From the NCBI GenBank assembly GCA_041576165.1, contig JBFGLM010000003.1:1-64000 (forward strand): a DNA stretch of 64,000 nt, written 5' to 3'. Source of the stretch: Acidimicrobiia bacterium (GTDB taxonomy: Bacteria; Actinomycetota; Acidimicrobiia; Spongiisociales; Spongiisociaceae). Position 1 is the stretch's first letter; every line of letters begins with the position of its first letter. Shown here piece after piece: positions 20,469-30,925 of the stretch. The notes beneath the pieces are model-generated. The model had not been told where the DNA came from. It saw nothing but the letters and a program-made list of their open reading frames with translations, and did not search any database. The translations under genes and the position numbers were made by a program.

Positions 20469-21257
20469 ATGAGTGATTTGGTCTGGGACGACCATGGCGG
20501 AGCGGGACCGCCGCTGGTTCTCGTGCATGGTTTCACCGGCTCCCGGCGCGAGTTCGCCCACGTCGCCGGGTATTTGCGGGATCTCCGCCGCATCCTTGCG
20601 GTGGATCAGCTGGGCCACGGAGACTCGCCGCATCGGGAGCGTTATTCGCTACGGGTGCTGACGAATGCGTTGATCGAATTCATCCGTGACGAGATTGGCG
20701 AACCGGTCGACCTCTTGGGCCATTCGATGGGCGGTCGCACGGTGCTGCCCATCCCGATCGAACGGCCGGAGCTGGTCCGATCGCTCATCCTCATGGACAC
20801 CTGGGCGGACGCGGTGGATCGCGATCACCGGACGAGCGAACTGCACGAGATCCTGGATCAGCCCGATGATCTCGCGTTGCAGGCCCTCGCGACCTACGCA
20901 GCGCCCCGATCACCGGAGACGGATCTGGTAGAAGAGCGATGGGGCTCAGAGTGGGTCGCCACGCTCGATGCGCATTGTCGGCGGGTCGATCCGCTCGCAG
21001 TAGTTCATCTGGGCCGTGAGGTATTCGGGGAGTCCGCCTCCCTGCTGGAAGACGCGGCGAGGGTGGACTGCCCCACCACGATCCTGGTCGGAGAGTGGGA
21101 TCATCCGTTCCTTGGGCCATGCGAGCGCCTGGCGGCTCAGATTCCGCACGCGAATGTGGTGGTGTTCGAAGGGGCGTACCACTCGCCGCAGCTCACTCAC
21201 CCCGAAGATTGGGTGGCAGCAGTCCGACGACATCTTGAAGCCGTTACCTACGGGTGA
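20469..21257 (+). CDS. Alpha/beta hydrolase
   Basis: LVHGFTG, GHG, GHSMGG nucleophile elbow, GEWD, AYHSP. Confidence 0.85.
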   Translation: MSDLVWDDHGGAGPPLVLVHGFTGSRREFAHVAGYLRDLRRILAVDQLGHGDSPHRERYSLRVLTNALIEFIRDEIGEPVDLLGHSMGGRTVLPIPIERPELVRSLILMDTWADAVDRDHRTSELHEILDQPDDLALQALATYAAPRSPETDLVEERWGSEWVATLDAHCRRVDPLAVVHLGREVFGESASLLEDAARVDCPTTILVGEWDHPFLGPCERLAAQIPHANVVVFEGAYHSPQLTHPEDWVAAVRRHLEAVTYG

Positions 21258-21281
21258 GAGGCAACGCTCTAGTCTGCGGCG

Positions 21282-22766
21282 GTGACCGACGAGCCTCCTC
21301 GGGACCAACCCACCCACGTTCTCGCCAAGGAACTGCTGCCGGCGTCGACCGCCATTTTCACGACCATCGCGCTGGCTTCTTTCGAAGGTCTGGCAGTTGC
21401 GGCCGCCTTGCCGGAGATCGCCGGCGCGCTCGGCGGGGTGGAGCTGCTGCCGTGGGTGATAACCGCGTTCCTGCTGACATCCGGAGTTGCGACGGTCGTA
21501 TCGGGCCCGCTGGTCGACGCCGTGGGCGTCTCCCGTATGTTCCGCTATGCGGTTTCGATCTTCGCCAGCGCCGGTTTCCTGGCGGCGTTCGCCCCCAACA
21601 TGGGAGCTTTGGTGGCGCTGCGGACGATCCAGGGTGTGGGAGCCGGGTTTCTGCTCTCGACCGGGATCGCGGCGGTGGCACTGGTGTTTCCCGACCATCT
21701 CGTCGGCCGGGCGTATGCGGCCAACGCCACGATCTGGGGGATCATGGGTGTGGCCGGTCCCGGAATTGCGGCGGCGATGCTGACCTTCTTGTCGTGGCGC
21801 TGGATATTCCTCGTCAACCTTCCGCTCGGAACCCTCTCCCTGCTGGCCGGATGGCGCGTGTTGCCGGGTCCTGTGGGTGAGGATGCCGCCCACATCGACA
21901 TCCGGGGTACCTTGCTGGTGACGGCTGCCAGTGTGGCCACCCTGTTTGCGGTGGACGCGCTCGGCGTGGCCTCTCTCCTGTGGCTGCTGGTTGTCGGTGT
22001 GGCGGTGTGGATGTATGTGATCCACGCCCGATCGGTGGCGCGGCCGGTCGTCCGGCTCGAGCATCTATTCGTGCAGCCCTACAGTGGCTTGGCGGCCGGT
22101 ACCGGCTTGATGCTGGCCGGAGCGATTGCGGTCAACGCCTATCTGCCGCTGTACGTGCAGGCCGGCCGGGGGGCGTCGCCAGGCCTGACCGCCTGGTCGG
22201 TCCTGTTCTTCACCCTTGGCTGGACCCTGGGGGCGAACATCGGGAGCCGGTTGCTGGATCGGCACTCCGAGTCGTGGATCACGTTGGTCGGGTTCTTCTT
22301 CACGGTTCCGGCTCTGGCGGTCATCTGGTTCACGGTGAGCGCTGACGCCGGCCTCCCCTGGATATTCGCAGCGTTCCTGGTGGCGGGAATCGGGGTGGGC
22401 TTCACCACCAATGCGGGCCTCACACTGGTGCGGGCGGTGACGCTGCCGGCGCAGATCGGGAGGGTGTCGGCCGCCTATCAGTTCGCCCGCAATCAGGGGT
22501 TCACGTATGGCGCTGCCATCGGCGGTGCGGTGTTGCTCGTGGTTGTTGCCGGCCGCGTGGGCGACGTGGAGGCCGTGCGAGCGCTCCTGGCCGGGGACAC
22601 CGACTCGGTGAGCGGATCTGTCGCAGAGGCGGTCCGCGCCGGCTTCGCAGCGGCAGCGGTCGGTGGCACCGCGATGGCGGCGTTGGGGGTGGTTTTCATC
22701 GTGGCGATGCGGCGTAGCCTGGCCGAGGCGCGCGCCGCGAAACGGGGAACGCCCCGACGGGATTGA
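21282..22766 (+). CDS. MFS transporter (14-TMS efflux type)
   Basis: Many hydrophobic segments, WRWIFLVNLP. TAGTCT lies 6 nt before the GTG. Confidence 0.88.
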   Translation: MTDEPPRDQPTHVLAKELLPASTAIFTTIALASFEGLAVAAALPEIAGALGGVELLPWVITAFLLTSGVATVVSGPLVDAVGVSRMFRYAVSIFASAGFLAAFAPNMGALVALRTIQGVGAGFLLSTGIAAVALVFPDHLVGRAYAANATIWGIMGVAGPGIAAAMLTFLSWRWIFLVNLPLGTLSLLAGWRVLPGPVGEDAAHIDIRGTLLVTAASVATLFAVDALGVASLLWLLVVGVAVWMYVIHARSVARPVVRLEHLFVQPYSGLAAGTGLMLAGAIAVNAYLPLYVQAGRGASPGLTAWSVLFFTLGWTLGANIGSRLLDRHSESWITLVGFFFTVPALAVIWFTVSADAGLPWIFAAFLVAGIGVGFTTNAGLTLVRAVTLPAQIGRVSAAYQFARNQGFTYGAAIGGAVLLVVVAGRVGDVEAVRALLAGDTDSVSGSVAEAVRAGFAAAAVGGTAMAALGVVFIVAMRRSLAEARAAKRGTPRRD

Positions 22767-22796
22767 TTGGTTGACCGAGCCGTTAGCCTGCCCGCC

Positions 22797-23327
22797 GTGC
22801 GAACCACGATTCTCCTGACGTGTGTCTTGGTGACGTTGGGAGCATGTACGCGCGGTGTCGACGCCGACGCCGTCTCCACCACTGCAGCAGCACCCGCAAC
22901 GACGGCCACGACCCAGCCTGCTATCACCCAGGACACCGACACGGAGAATGGGTTCTCGTGCGACGCCTCTCCCTACTTCCCTGCCGCAATCCCAGAGCGC
23001 GCACAGGTCGCCCAGCCGGATCCCAGCGAAGCTCCGTTCGATCCGTTCCCTTCGATCGCAGGGACATCGATCCGCTTTCTGGTGGACGCGGGGGGCAATC
23101 CGGTGCTGGCGGTGATCCGGGGATCGTTGCCCCCCGAGCCGTGGGCGGAGGATCCGGAAGTGATTGACATCCTCGATGGTGTGCCGGCGGCGCTGGGACC
23201 GCTCAGCGACGGCGTGTGGGCCGTCGGGTGGGTGTTGTCGGAAACCGACCCGTGCGATCGCTACACGCTGATGCTCTACCCGCCGACGGGACCCGACGAG
23301 GCGCGCCAGGTGGCCGAAAGCCTGTGA
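22797..23327 (+). CDS. Hypothetical lipoprotein
   Basis: Signal peptide with lipobox LGAC and Thr/Ala linker. TAGCCT lies 7 nt before GTG 22797. Confidence 0.65.
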   Translation: MRTTILLTCVLVTLGACTRGVDADAVSTTAAAPATTATTQPAITQDTDTENGFSCDASPYFPAAIPERAQVAQPDPSEAPFDPFPSIAGTSIRFLVDAGGNPVLAVIRGSLPPEPWAEDPEVIDILDGVPAALGPLSDGVWAVGWVLSETDPCDRYTLMLYPPTGPDEARQVAESL

Positions 23328-23329
23328 TC

Positions 23330-23468
23330 CGTCGCTGCGTTCCTAAGGCTACAGGGTGCCCTCAGGGCACCCTGTAGCCGAAAGTTCGCTAGACCGCTGT
23401 CGACCGGGCCGAACGCTCGGCTGTAGCTGCCCCTGAGGGTACCCTCGAGCCTAAGGTTCCCGGCGACG
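23330..23468. repeat. 139-bp imperfect inverted repeat with nested perfect palindrome (REPIN/MITE-like or structured RNA)
   Basis: 23330-23388 matches the reverse complement of 23410-23468 at 43/59 positions without gaps. The left arm contains GGCTACAGGGTGCCC-tca-GGGCACCCTGTAGCC. Confidence 0.75.
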
Positions 23469-23600
23469 ACGCGGCGACGGCGGACCAAAGGTCCGCCGTT
23501 CCCCCCAAAGGTGCCGCCCCCCTGTCGGGGGTGTAGCCAGCATAGACGCCTGCGCGTCGCCCCAGTGACCCGGCGCTTTGCTCGCTCTTGCGCCGTCTTC

Positions 23601-24587
23601 TCAGCCCTCGTCGGGCGGCACCGGTGTGGGTGAGGGTCGGCTCATCGCCGGTTGGGCCCGCTCGCCGTTGCCGGATGCTCCGTCCAGCTGGTTGAACAGC
23701 TCCTTGATGGTGCCGAGGGATCCGAGGATGCCGCTCGTTTCCATCGGCAGGAAGAGCTTGGTTGCCTTACCGTCGGCCACCTTCTCCAGCGCCTCCAGGT
23801 ATTTGATGGCGATCAGATCGGGTGTCGGATCGCCGTCGTGGATGGCGCGATACACGTTGAGGATGGCGGCCGACTCACCCTTTGCCACCTCCTCCAGGCG
23901 ATACTTCTCAGCATCGGCGACCTTCTCGATCGCGGTCGCTTCTCCTTCGGCTTTGAGAATTGCAGACTCCTTGATGCCCTCCGACTTCAAGATCGCAGCG
24001 CGCTTCTCACCCTCGGCCTCGGTGACGATTGCCCGGCGGTCGCGCTCGGCCTTCATCTGCCGGTGCATGGCTTCGGTGACATCCGGTGGTGGCTCGATTC
24101 GTTGGATTTCGACCCGCACGACCCTGGTGCCCCACTTGTCGGTGGCGTCGTCCAGGATCTCGCGCAGCTTCGTGTTGATGATCTCGCGAGATGTCAGCGC
24201 CGAATCGAGGTCCAGGTCACCGACCACGTTCCTCAAGTTGGTCTGCGCCAGCTTGGTGACAGCCAAGATGAAGTTACCGATGTTGTACTTGAGGCTGCGT
24301 GGATCGGTCGGCTCGTAGTAGATGACCGCGTCCACCGTGACGGCCACGTTGTCCTGGGTGATCACCTCCTGGGGAGGCACGTCCACTACTTGTTCGCGCA
24401 TGTCGACCTTCGACAGCGTCTGGACAAACGGGATTATGAAGTTCAGCCCCGGATTGACCGTCTTGCTGTACTTACCCAGCGTTTCGACCAGGCCCCGCTC
24501 ATATGGGCGCAAGATCCGGATGCCGGTGGCGGCAAACAAGATCAACGCCAGTACCAGGATGGCGAACAGGATTGCTCCTGCAGTCAT
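23601..24587 (-). CDS. SPFH/Band 7 (stomatin/QmcA-like) membrane protein
   Basis: [38 protein letters not shown]. Confidence 0.92.
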   Translation of the reverse strand: MTAGAILFAILVLALILFAATGIRILRPYERGLVETLGKYSKTVNPGLNFIIPFVQTLSKVDMREQVVDVPPQEVITQDNVAVTVDAVIYYEPTDPRSLKYNIGNFILAVTKLAQTNLRNVVGDLDLDSALTSREIINTKLREILDDATDKWGTRVVRVEIQRIEPPPDVTEAMHRQMKAERDRRAIVTEAEGEKRAAILKSEGIKESAILKAEGEATAIEKVADAEKYRLEEVAKGESAAILNVYRAIHDGDPTPDLIAIKYLEALEKVADGKATKLFLPMETSGILGSLGTIKELFNQLDGASGNGERAQPAMSRPSPTPVPPDEG

Positions 24588-24617
24588 TGCCCCTGTCCTT
24601 TCCTCTCGACGATTCTG

Positions 24618-25385
24618 TTACTCGACAACCTCTCGGACCACGAGCCGCGTGCCGCGGATTTCGATTACCTCGACGACGGCGTTCTTCTCGATTGTTTCTC
24701 CCAGGCTGGTCGCTCGCCATTGCTCGGTCTCCACCCGCACCATGCCTGCGGCCCGGCGCGGGTCGATGGTCTCGAGCACGACCGCGGTTTGCCCGATCAA
24801 GCGGTCCACACCGACCGGGTCATGCGGGCCCTCGTCCGAGCGGCGGGCGAAGCGCTGGAAGTAGACGAGGGTTGCGGCCGAAACGCCAAACATGGCGATC
24901 CACTGGACCACCAGGGGCGACCCTATCCATGCCAGGGCAGCAGCCGCGGCGGCGCCGACGCCGAAGGGCAGTAGGAAAAAGCCGGCCGTGAAGATCTCGG
25001 CGATCCCAAGTGCGAGAGCCCCAATGGTCCACACCCAACGCCAAACCGCGTTCTCGGCGGCGTCTCCGTTCCCCGCGGTAGCCACAGCCAGCACGGCCAC
25101 CACGAGTACCACGCCGGCCAGCAGCGCGTACGTCCACAGGCGGGGGTTGGGTGCCGGGGCCGGAGGCTTGGCAAAGTCCGCCACCCGAGTCTCGCGAGCC
25201 CACTCCTCCGCAAACGCCGGGACATTGGGCCCGACGACGGATTCGGGGGACCGGCCTTCTGCCTGAGCGTCACGCAGGTGAGCTTCCAACTCGATCTGCA
25301 TCTCGTCGGCCACGCCGCGAGGGACGTTCGTATCAAGCCAGTATCTGCGGCAGTCGCTAACGATCGAACCGATCAGGTCAGGCAT
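24618..25385 (-). CDS. NfeD family protein with N-terminal helical (HAAS/DUF1048-like) domain
   Basis: C-terminal AEIFTAGFFLLPFG TM bundle and OB-fold (GMVRV..EQWRA..GTRLVV). N-terminal ELEAHLRDAQAEGRSPESVVG. GGAGG RBS before ATG 25385. Confidence 0.78.
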   Translation of the reverse strand: MPDLIGSIVSDCRRYWLDTNVPRGVADEMQIELEAHLRDAQAEGRSPESVVGPNVPAFAEEWARETRVADFAKPPAPAPNPRLWTYALLAGVVLVVAVLAVATAGNGDAAENAVWRWVWTIGALALGIAEIFTAGFFLLPFGVGAAAAAALAWIGSPLVVQWIAMFGVSAATLVYFQRFARRSDEGPHDPVGVDRLIGQTAVVLETIDPRRAAGMVRVETEQWRATSLGETIEKNAVVEVIEIRGTRLVVREVVE

Positions 25386-25710
25386 GTTCACCTCCGTTCA
25401 ACACACGTTCCACCCCGGTAGCGAGCACGTTCCAGTCCCGCCTCCATTCGTCCAGCCGGGCCTCGCCCGCCTCGCAGATGCGGTAGTACTTGCGTTGCGG
25501 CCCACCCGAAGATCCTTCGAAATACCCCTCCACCAGGCCCTTTTTCTGTAGCCGGCTGAGGAGGGGGTAGATCGTCCCGTCACTCACCAATGTCAGCCCC
25601 CGCTTTTGTAATTTCCTCACCATCTCGTACCCGTAACTGGGCTCCTCGGCGATCAGCGCCAGCAGGCACATGTCCAAGACGCCCTTGAGCAGCTGCGATC
25701 GATGTTCCAC
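25378..25710 (-). CDS. PadR family transcriptional regulator
   Basis: QLLKGVLDMCLL, YGYEM, GTIYPLLSRL, RKYY. Start trimmed to GTG 25710. Confidence 0.88.
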   Translation of the reverse strand: MEHRSQLLKGVLDMCLLALIAEEPSYGYEMVRKLQKRGLTLVSDGTIYPLLSRLQKKGLVEGYFEGSSGGPQRKYYRICEAGEARLDEWRRDWNVLATGVERVLNGGEHA

Positions 25711-26012
25711 GTCGGTCCGTTTCGGTCTGTCGGTCGTGCGTGTTTGTTTCGCCGTCGGGCGACCTCGGCCCGTACGGTTTCTTCGCCCCCGCTCTTGGGT
25801 GCGCTGTGGCGGTACCTCGGACGGCCTTTCGAGGACCCGAATGCCGCCAAGGTCTCGGTCCGGTTGAGGAAGGTTGCCTTCCGAGGTACCTTGCGTACCA
25901 ATATACTCCTCACTGCCTTGCTTCACAAGGTGTTTTGCATGGCAAGGGTTGGAGTTCGGCCCCAAGTGACGTGCTCGGCAGCGGTTGGAAGTTCGCTAGG
26001 TTGTGAAGAGCC

Positions 26013-27662
26013 GTGAGGCTGCAAGCCGCACTTGTGATCGCCGCTCTGGTGGTATCCGGTGGGTCCGGATTGCCAGAGATGGATCCCCGCGGCTACGACG
26101 CCGATCAGCCGAATCAGCAGCGCCTGCTGGTGAGCGAGGATGCCGTCGTCTGGCTGGTGTCCTGCGGTTCCAAAGGCGCCGAACTGTGCGGATACGGCCC
26201 GCTCGATCGGGATCACCTCCTGAGCGATCTCGAGGTGGGCCCGCCGGCCGCCTCGCTGGCGTTTTCCGTTCCGGCCGCCCTGGGGGTGACGCTCGGGCAC
26301 CCCACCTTGCGCGCAGACGGTTCGGTGCTCCTTCAGATGGGCGAAGCAGCTCTGCTCGGTATAGGGCCGGCCGGAGACCTCGTAGGCCCGATCCCGGTCG
26401 CCGTACCGGTCGAGGAGGCCTGCTGGGTGACCTTCCTCGCCGCCGACCCCATCGACCTCAACCGGACATGGGTGGGCTGCGAGCAGGCGATCCTGGCGGT
26501 TGATTCCGCCGGGACCGTCCTGGTCCGGCACGACCTTGCGCAGAGCGAGATCCAGTTGCTCGGCGCAAGGCCGCAAGGCGGTGTGATCGCTGCGTACGGC
26601 GATCAGATCGTCGTGATTGATGGGGACCAGGTGGTTGAGACGGACGTGCTGCCCGGGATTCCGTCCGCCGTCAGTTCACATCCAGTTGCCGGCCTCGTGG
26701 TGGTAACCGGCGCGGATTGCGATCCGTCATGCGCGCCCTCGCCGCCCGATCCGGTCGATGCCAACGCACCACACTCCCACGAATTCACAGTGAGCCGCCT
26801 CGATTGGGACGGCAGGCCGACCGGGTTCGGTGCGGCCGTGATCGGGACCGGTGATCACGCGTCCGTGCATGTGACTCTGCTGGCCGACGGACGGGTGATC
26901 GCCTCCTTGCCATGGCGCCAGATAGTGCCGGGGAACGGCGACGCAGTGGAGTCGCCGATCGTGATGGTCGACACCGACGGCACCCTGGTCGACTGGGACG
27001 TCACCCCGGCCGGCCGGGTGTGCTGTACAGATGACCTGGTCTCGGGCTGGGACGGCGTGCTCGAACTCACGTCGATCGACCAGCTCGCCCGCTTGCGCCG
27101 CTGGGCAGTCGACCCCTTTGGCACCTTCATGGACGACGACCGCAGTCCGTTCGAGAATGAAATCGAGGAAATCTTCGCAGCGGGCGTGACCCAGGGCTGC
27201 CATCCGACTGGGCTTCTCTTCTGTCCCGACCGCCGGCTGACCCGCGCCCAACTCGCCTCGCTCCTCGCCCGGTGGTTGGGCCTGGGCCTCGACGCCCCCG
27301 ACCGATTCGCAGACGACGCCGGGTCGGTACATGAGCAGGCCATCAACGCGCTGGCGCGGGCCGGTATAACGCTCGGTTGCGAAACCGCAGATGTGACGCT
27401 GTTCTGTCCCCAAAACCCGGTCAGCCGCGGCCAGATCGCCTCCTTTCTGGCCCGCGCCGCCAAACTGAGCCTTGCTGCGCCGGATAGATTTGCCGACGAT
27501 GACGGTTCGGTGCACGAACCGGCCATCAACGCCCTGGCGGCGGCTGGGATCACCCAGGGCTGCGATGCGGCAGACCCGTCCCGCTACTGCCCGTCACAAC
27601 CAGTGCCGCGGGATCAGACCGCCGCGCTTCTCTCCCGGGCCGGCCCGCCCCCCACCGGGTAG
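26013..27662 (+). CDS. Secreted protein with three C-terminal S-layer-homology-like repeats
   Basis: Signal peptide; three repeats such as FADDAGSVHEQAINALARAGITLGC..FCP...VSRGQIASFLAR. Confidence 0.8.
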   Translation: MRLQAALVIAALVVSGGSGLPEMDPRGYDADQPNQQRLLVSEDAVVWLVSCGSKGAELCGYGPLDRDHLLSDLEVGPPAASLAFSVPAALGVTLGHPTLRADGSVLLQMGEAALLGIGPAGDLVGPIPVAVPVEEACWVTFLAADPIDLNRTWVGCEQAILAVDSAGTVLVRHDLAQSEIQLLGARPQGGVIAAYGDQIVVIDGDQVVETDVLPGIPSAVSSHPVAGLVVVTGADCDPSCAPSPPDPVDANAPHSHEFTVSRLDWDGRPTGFGAAVIGTGDHASVHVTLLADGRVIASLPWRQIVPGNGDAVESPIVMVDTDGTLVDWDVTPAGRVCCTDDLVSGWDGVLELTSIDQLARLRRWAVDPFGTFMDDDRSPFENEIEEIFAAGVTQGCHPTGLLFCPDRRLTRAQLASLLARWLGLGLDAPDRFADDAGSVHEQAINALARAGITLGCETADVTLFCPQNPVSRGQIASFLARAAKLSLAAPDRFADDDGSVHEPAINALAAAGITQGCDAADPSRYCPSQPVPRDQTAALLSRAGPPPTG

Positions 27663-27771
27663 ACCCGGCAGCCATCTCGCTCGTCACATCATGGCAACCA
27701 CGGCCCTTGCGGCCGATCCGTGCCGGCGGCGTTTGGTACCCTGGGCCCGTCGTCGGTGGCGCTGCCGGCGA

Positions 27772-27967
27772 CCGGACGAAACAACGCCTACGGCGGGAGA
27801 AGCGGCCGGTGGAAGCCGGGCCGCTGCCGAAGGAGCAACCGCCCCGGAATCTCTCAGGCACCCGAACCGCCGCGGGAAGGCGCATCTGGAGAGCAGCTCG
27901 GCAAAGGGCTCACCGAAGGGGTAACCCGCCTGGCGGGGAAACTCTCAGGTCCAGGCGACAGATGGGG
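27772..27967 (+). ncRNA. Tandem glycine riboswitch
   Basis: Two aptamers, each with GGAGA...CCGAAGG..(C/T)AA...CTCTCAGG, directly upstream of gcvP. Confidence 0.93.
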
Positions 27968-27993
27968 CATCGACTTCCAGATGGGAGAAAGCG

Positions 27994-30831
27994 ATGTCAA
28001 TCGAGTTCGCCGACCGCCACATAGGCCCCTCCGCCGACGGGATTGCGGCCATGCTCGAATACCTGGGTTTGTCCAGCCTGGCCGAGTTGATCGAGACCGC
28101 CGTACCCGCCGACATCCTCGACGACGGGGAGCTCCCGCTGGCGTCGCCATTGTCGGAGGTTGAGGCATTGGCAGAGATGCGGCGCCTGGCCGGCAAGAAC
28201 GTTGTCACGACCTCGATGATCGGGATGGGCTACTACGGCACCCACACTCCCACGGTGATCCTGCGCAACCTCATCGAAAACCCGGCCTGGTACACCGCTT
28301 ACACGCCCTACCAGCCCGAGATCTCTCAGGGCCGGCTGGAGATGTTGCTCAATTTTCAGACGATGGTCGCTGACCTCACCGGCATGGACATCGCCAACGC
28401 TTCACTACTGGATGAGGCAACTGCCGCCGCTGAGGCGATGGCGATGGCCCGACGCCTGAGCCGGGCCACTTCGGACACGTTCGTCGTCGATGCGGATACG
28501 CACCCCCAGACCATCGCGGTGCTCGAAACCCGGGCCACCCCTCTGGGCGTGAAGCTCGTGATCTCCGACTTGCGCACCGAGCCAGTGGAGGATTGTTTCG
28601 GCGCCCTCATCTCGTATCCGACCAGCTCGGGTGCACTCCACGACGACGCAGCCCTGATCGAAGAAGTCCACCAGCGAGGCGGGATGGCAGTGGTCGCAAC
28701 CGACCTGCTCGCTCTCACCCGGCTGCGGTCGCCCGGCGAAATCGGCGCCGACGTGGTAGTTGGCTCGGCTCAGCGGTTCGGGGTTCCCATGGGATTTGGC
28801 GGACCGCATGCCGGCTTCATGGCGATCAGGGAAGATGCCAAGCGTTCGCTACCCGGCCGCTTGGTTGGCGTGTCCAAGGACGCGCATGGTCGACCTGCCT
28901 ACCGGCTGGCGCTGCAGACTCGCGAACAGCACATCCGGCGCGAGAAGGCGACCTCGAACATCTGCACTGCCCAGGTGTTGCTGGCGAACGTGGCCGCGGC
29001 CTATGCGGTCTATCACGGGCCCGAGGGACTGATCGATATTGCTGAACGGGTTCACCGCCTGACCGGCGCGCTGGCAGGCGCGGTGAAGAGCGCCGGCCTC
29101 GAATCGAACGAGACGTTCTTCGACACGCTCACCATTCGGGCGCCCGGGCGGGCAGAGGAGATAGTTGACGACGCCTGCCGGCAGGGGATCAACCTGCGGC
29201 GGATCGATCAGCACCGGATCGGCGTCTCCTTTGATGAGACATCGACGATCGACGAGCTCGAGACCCTCGTCGGTGTGTTCGGTGCCCAGCTCGAACCCCA
29301 GGTGGCGCTGGACCGGGCCGAGGCTGGAATCCCTGCTGCGCTCCGCCGCTCGGGCGACTTTCTGACGCACCCGGTCTTCCACCAGTACCGCTCGGAGACG
29401 GAGATGCTGCGATATCTGCGGTGGCTGGCGGACCGGGACATCGCACTCGACCGGGCCATGATCCCGCTCGGGTCGTGCACGATGAAACTGAACGCCACCA
29501 CGGAGATGATTCCCATTTCCTGGCCTGAGTTCGCCAACCTCCATCCCTTTGTTCCGCTCGATCAGGCTCAGGGTTACCTCGAGCTGTTCCAGGGGCTGGA
29601 GCACGATCTGGCGGTCATGACCGGCTACGACGCAGTATCGCTCCAGCCGAACGCCGGCTCGCAGGGCGAGTACGCCGGACTGCTGGCCATCCGCGGCTTC
29701 CACGCCAGCCGGGGCGAGGCGTACCGGGATGTTTGTCTGATCCCGGCGTCGGCCCATGGCACAAACCCGGCGTCCGCGTCGATGGCGGGCCTGCGGGTGG
29801 TGTTGGTTGCCACTGACGATGAGGGCAACATCGATGTCGAGGACCTGCGGGCCAGGGCGGCCGAGAACGCCGACCACCTCGCCGCGATCATGATCACCTA
29901 TCCCTCCACCCATGGGGTGTTCGAGGCAGCGATCAGAGAAGTGTGCGACATCGTGCACGAGCACGGCGGCCAGGTGTATCTCGACGGCGCCAATCTCAAC
30001 GCCATGCTGGGAGTGGCCCGTCCGGGAGCCTTCGGGGCGGACGTCTCCCACGTCAACCTGCACAAGACGTTCACGATCCCCCACGGCGGGGGTGGGCCGG
30101 GCGTCGGCCCGATCGGGGTGCGCGCCCACCTCGCCCCGTTCCTGCCCAACCATCCGCTGGCCGATGAAGCCGGTCCCGCGACCGGCGTGGGAGCGGTGTC
30201 GGCGGCTCCGTGGGGATCGGCCAGCATCCTGCCCATCTCGTGGGCCTACAACCGAATGATGGGCGCGCCGGGGCTGCGGCGCGCGACGGAGGTGGCGATC
30301 CTCAGCGCCAACTACATCGCCGCCCGGCTGGCCGAGCACTACCCGGTCCTGTATCGAGGCCCGGGCGGGCTCGTGGCCCACGAGGCCATCATCGATCTGC
30401 GGGGGATCACCGAACGCACCCATGTCAGCGTCGACGATGTGGCCAAGCGGTTGATCGACTACGGGTTCCACGCGCCGACGATGTCCTTCCCGGTCGCCGG
30501 CACCCTCATGATCGAGCCGACCGAGTCTGAACCGCTGGCCGAGCTGGACCGGTTCTGCGATGCGATGATCGCCATCCGGGCTGAGATCGCCGAGATCGAG
30601 CAGGGCGTCGTAGCTCACGAGGAATCGGCACTGGCGCATGCCCCGCATACCGCCGAGGACCTGCTGGCCGACGACTGGGATCGACCATATACCCGGGCTC
30701 AGGCCGCTTTCCCCGCCGAGCAGCTGCGACGTGACAAATACTGGCCGCCGGTGTCTCGCATCGACAACGTGTACGGCGACCGCCACATCGTCTGCTCGTG
30801 TCCGCCCATAGAAGCCTGGGCCGAGGACTGA
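27994..30831 (+). CDS. gcvP: Glycine dehydrogenase (decarboxylating), single-chain P protein
   Basis: [50 protein letters not shown] (PLP Lys). Confidence 0.97.
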   Translation: MSIEFADRHIGPSADGIAAMLEYLGLSSLAELIETAVPADILDDGELPLASPLSEVEALAEMRRLAGKNVVTTSMIGMGYYGTHTPTVILRNLIENPAWYTAYTPYQPEISQGRLEMLLNFQTMVADLTGMDIANASLLDEATAAAEAMAMARRLSRATSDTFVVDADTHPQTIAVLETRATPLGVKLVISDLRTEPVEDCFGALISYPTSSGALHDDAALIEEVHQRGGMAVVATDLLALTRLRSPGEIGADVVVGSAQRFGVPMGFGGPHAGFMAIREDAKRSLPGRLVGVSKDAHGRPAYRLALQTREQHIRREKATSNICTAQVLLANVAAAYAVYHGPEGLIDIAERVHRLTGALAGAVKSAGLESNETFFDTLTIRAPGRAEEIVDDACRQGINLRRIDQHRIGVSFDETSTIDELETLVGVFGAQLEPQVALDRAEAGIPAALRRSGDFLTHPVFHQYRSETEMLRYLRWLADRDIALDRAMIPLGSCTMKLNATTEMIPISWPEFANLHPFVPLDQAQGYLELFQGLEHDLAVMTGYDAVSLQPNAGSQGEYAGLLAIRGFHASRGEAYRDVCLIPASAHGTNPASASMAGLRVVLVATDDEGNIDVEDLRARAAENADHLAAIMITYPSTHGVFEAAIREVCDIVHEHGGQVYLDGANLNAMLGVARPGAFGADVSHVNLHKTFTIPHGGGGPGVGPIGVRAHLAPFLPNHPLADEAGPATGVGAVSAAPWGSASILPISWAYNRMMGAPGLRRATEVAILSANYIAARLAEHYPVLYRGPGGLVAHEAIIDLRGITERTHVSVDDVAKRLIDYGFHAPTMSFPVAGTLMIEPTESEPLAELDRFCDAMIAIRAEIAEIEQGVVAHEESALAHAPHTAEDLLADDWDRPYTRAQAAFPAEQLRRDKYWPPVSRIDNVYGDRHIVCSCPPIEAWAED

Positions 30832-30925
30832 CAGCCACGGTCGTGGCCACCGCCACCGCGGTCGCGACCGACCGATCCGCCCCCTACGGTTGCGGGGAGC
30901 CGTTCCTGGATCGGCCCCCCTCCGG

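Noticed and set aside
23482-23494. GGACCAAAGGTCC as a DosR/DevR box
   Set aside because: Spacing is off by one and it lies between convergent genes; better explained as a hairpin.
23500-23531. Two C6 runs suggesting 6C RNA
   Set aside because: The C runs are not loops of convincing stems.
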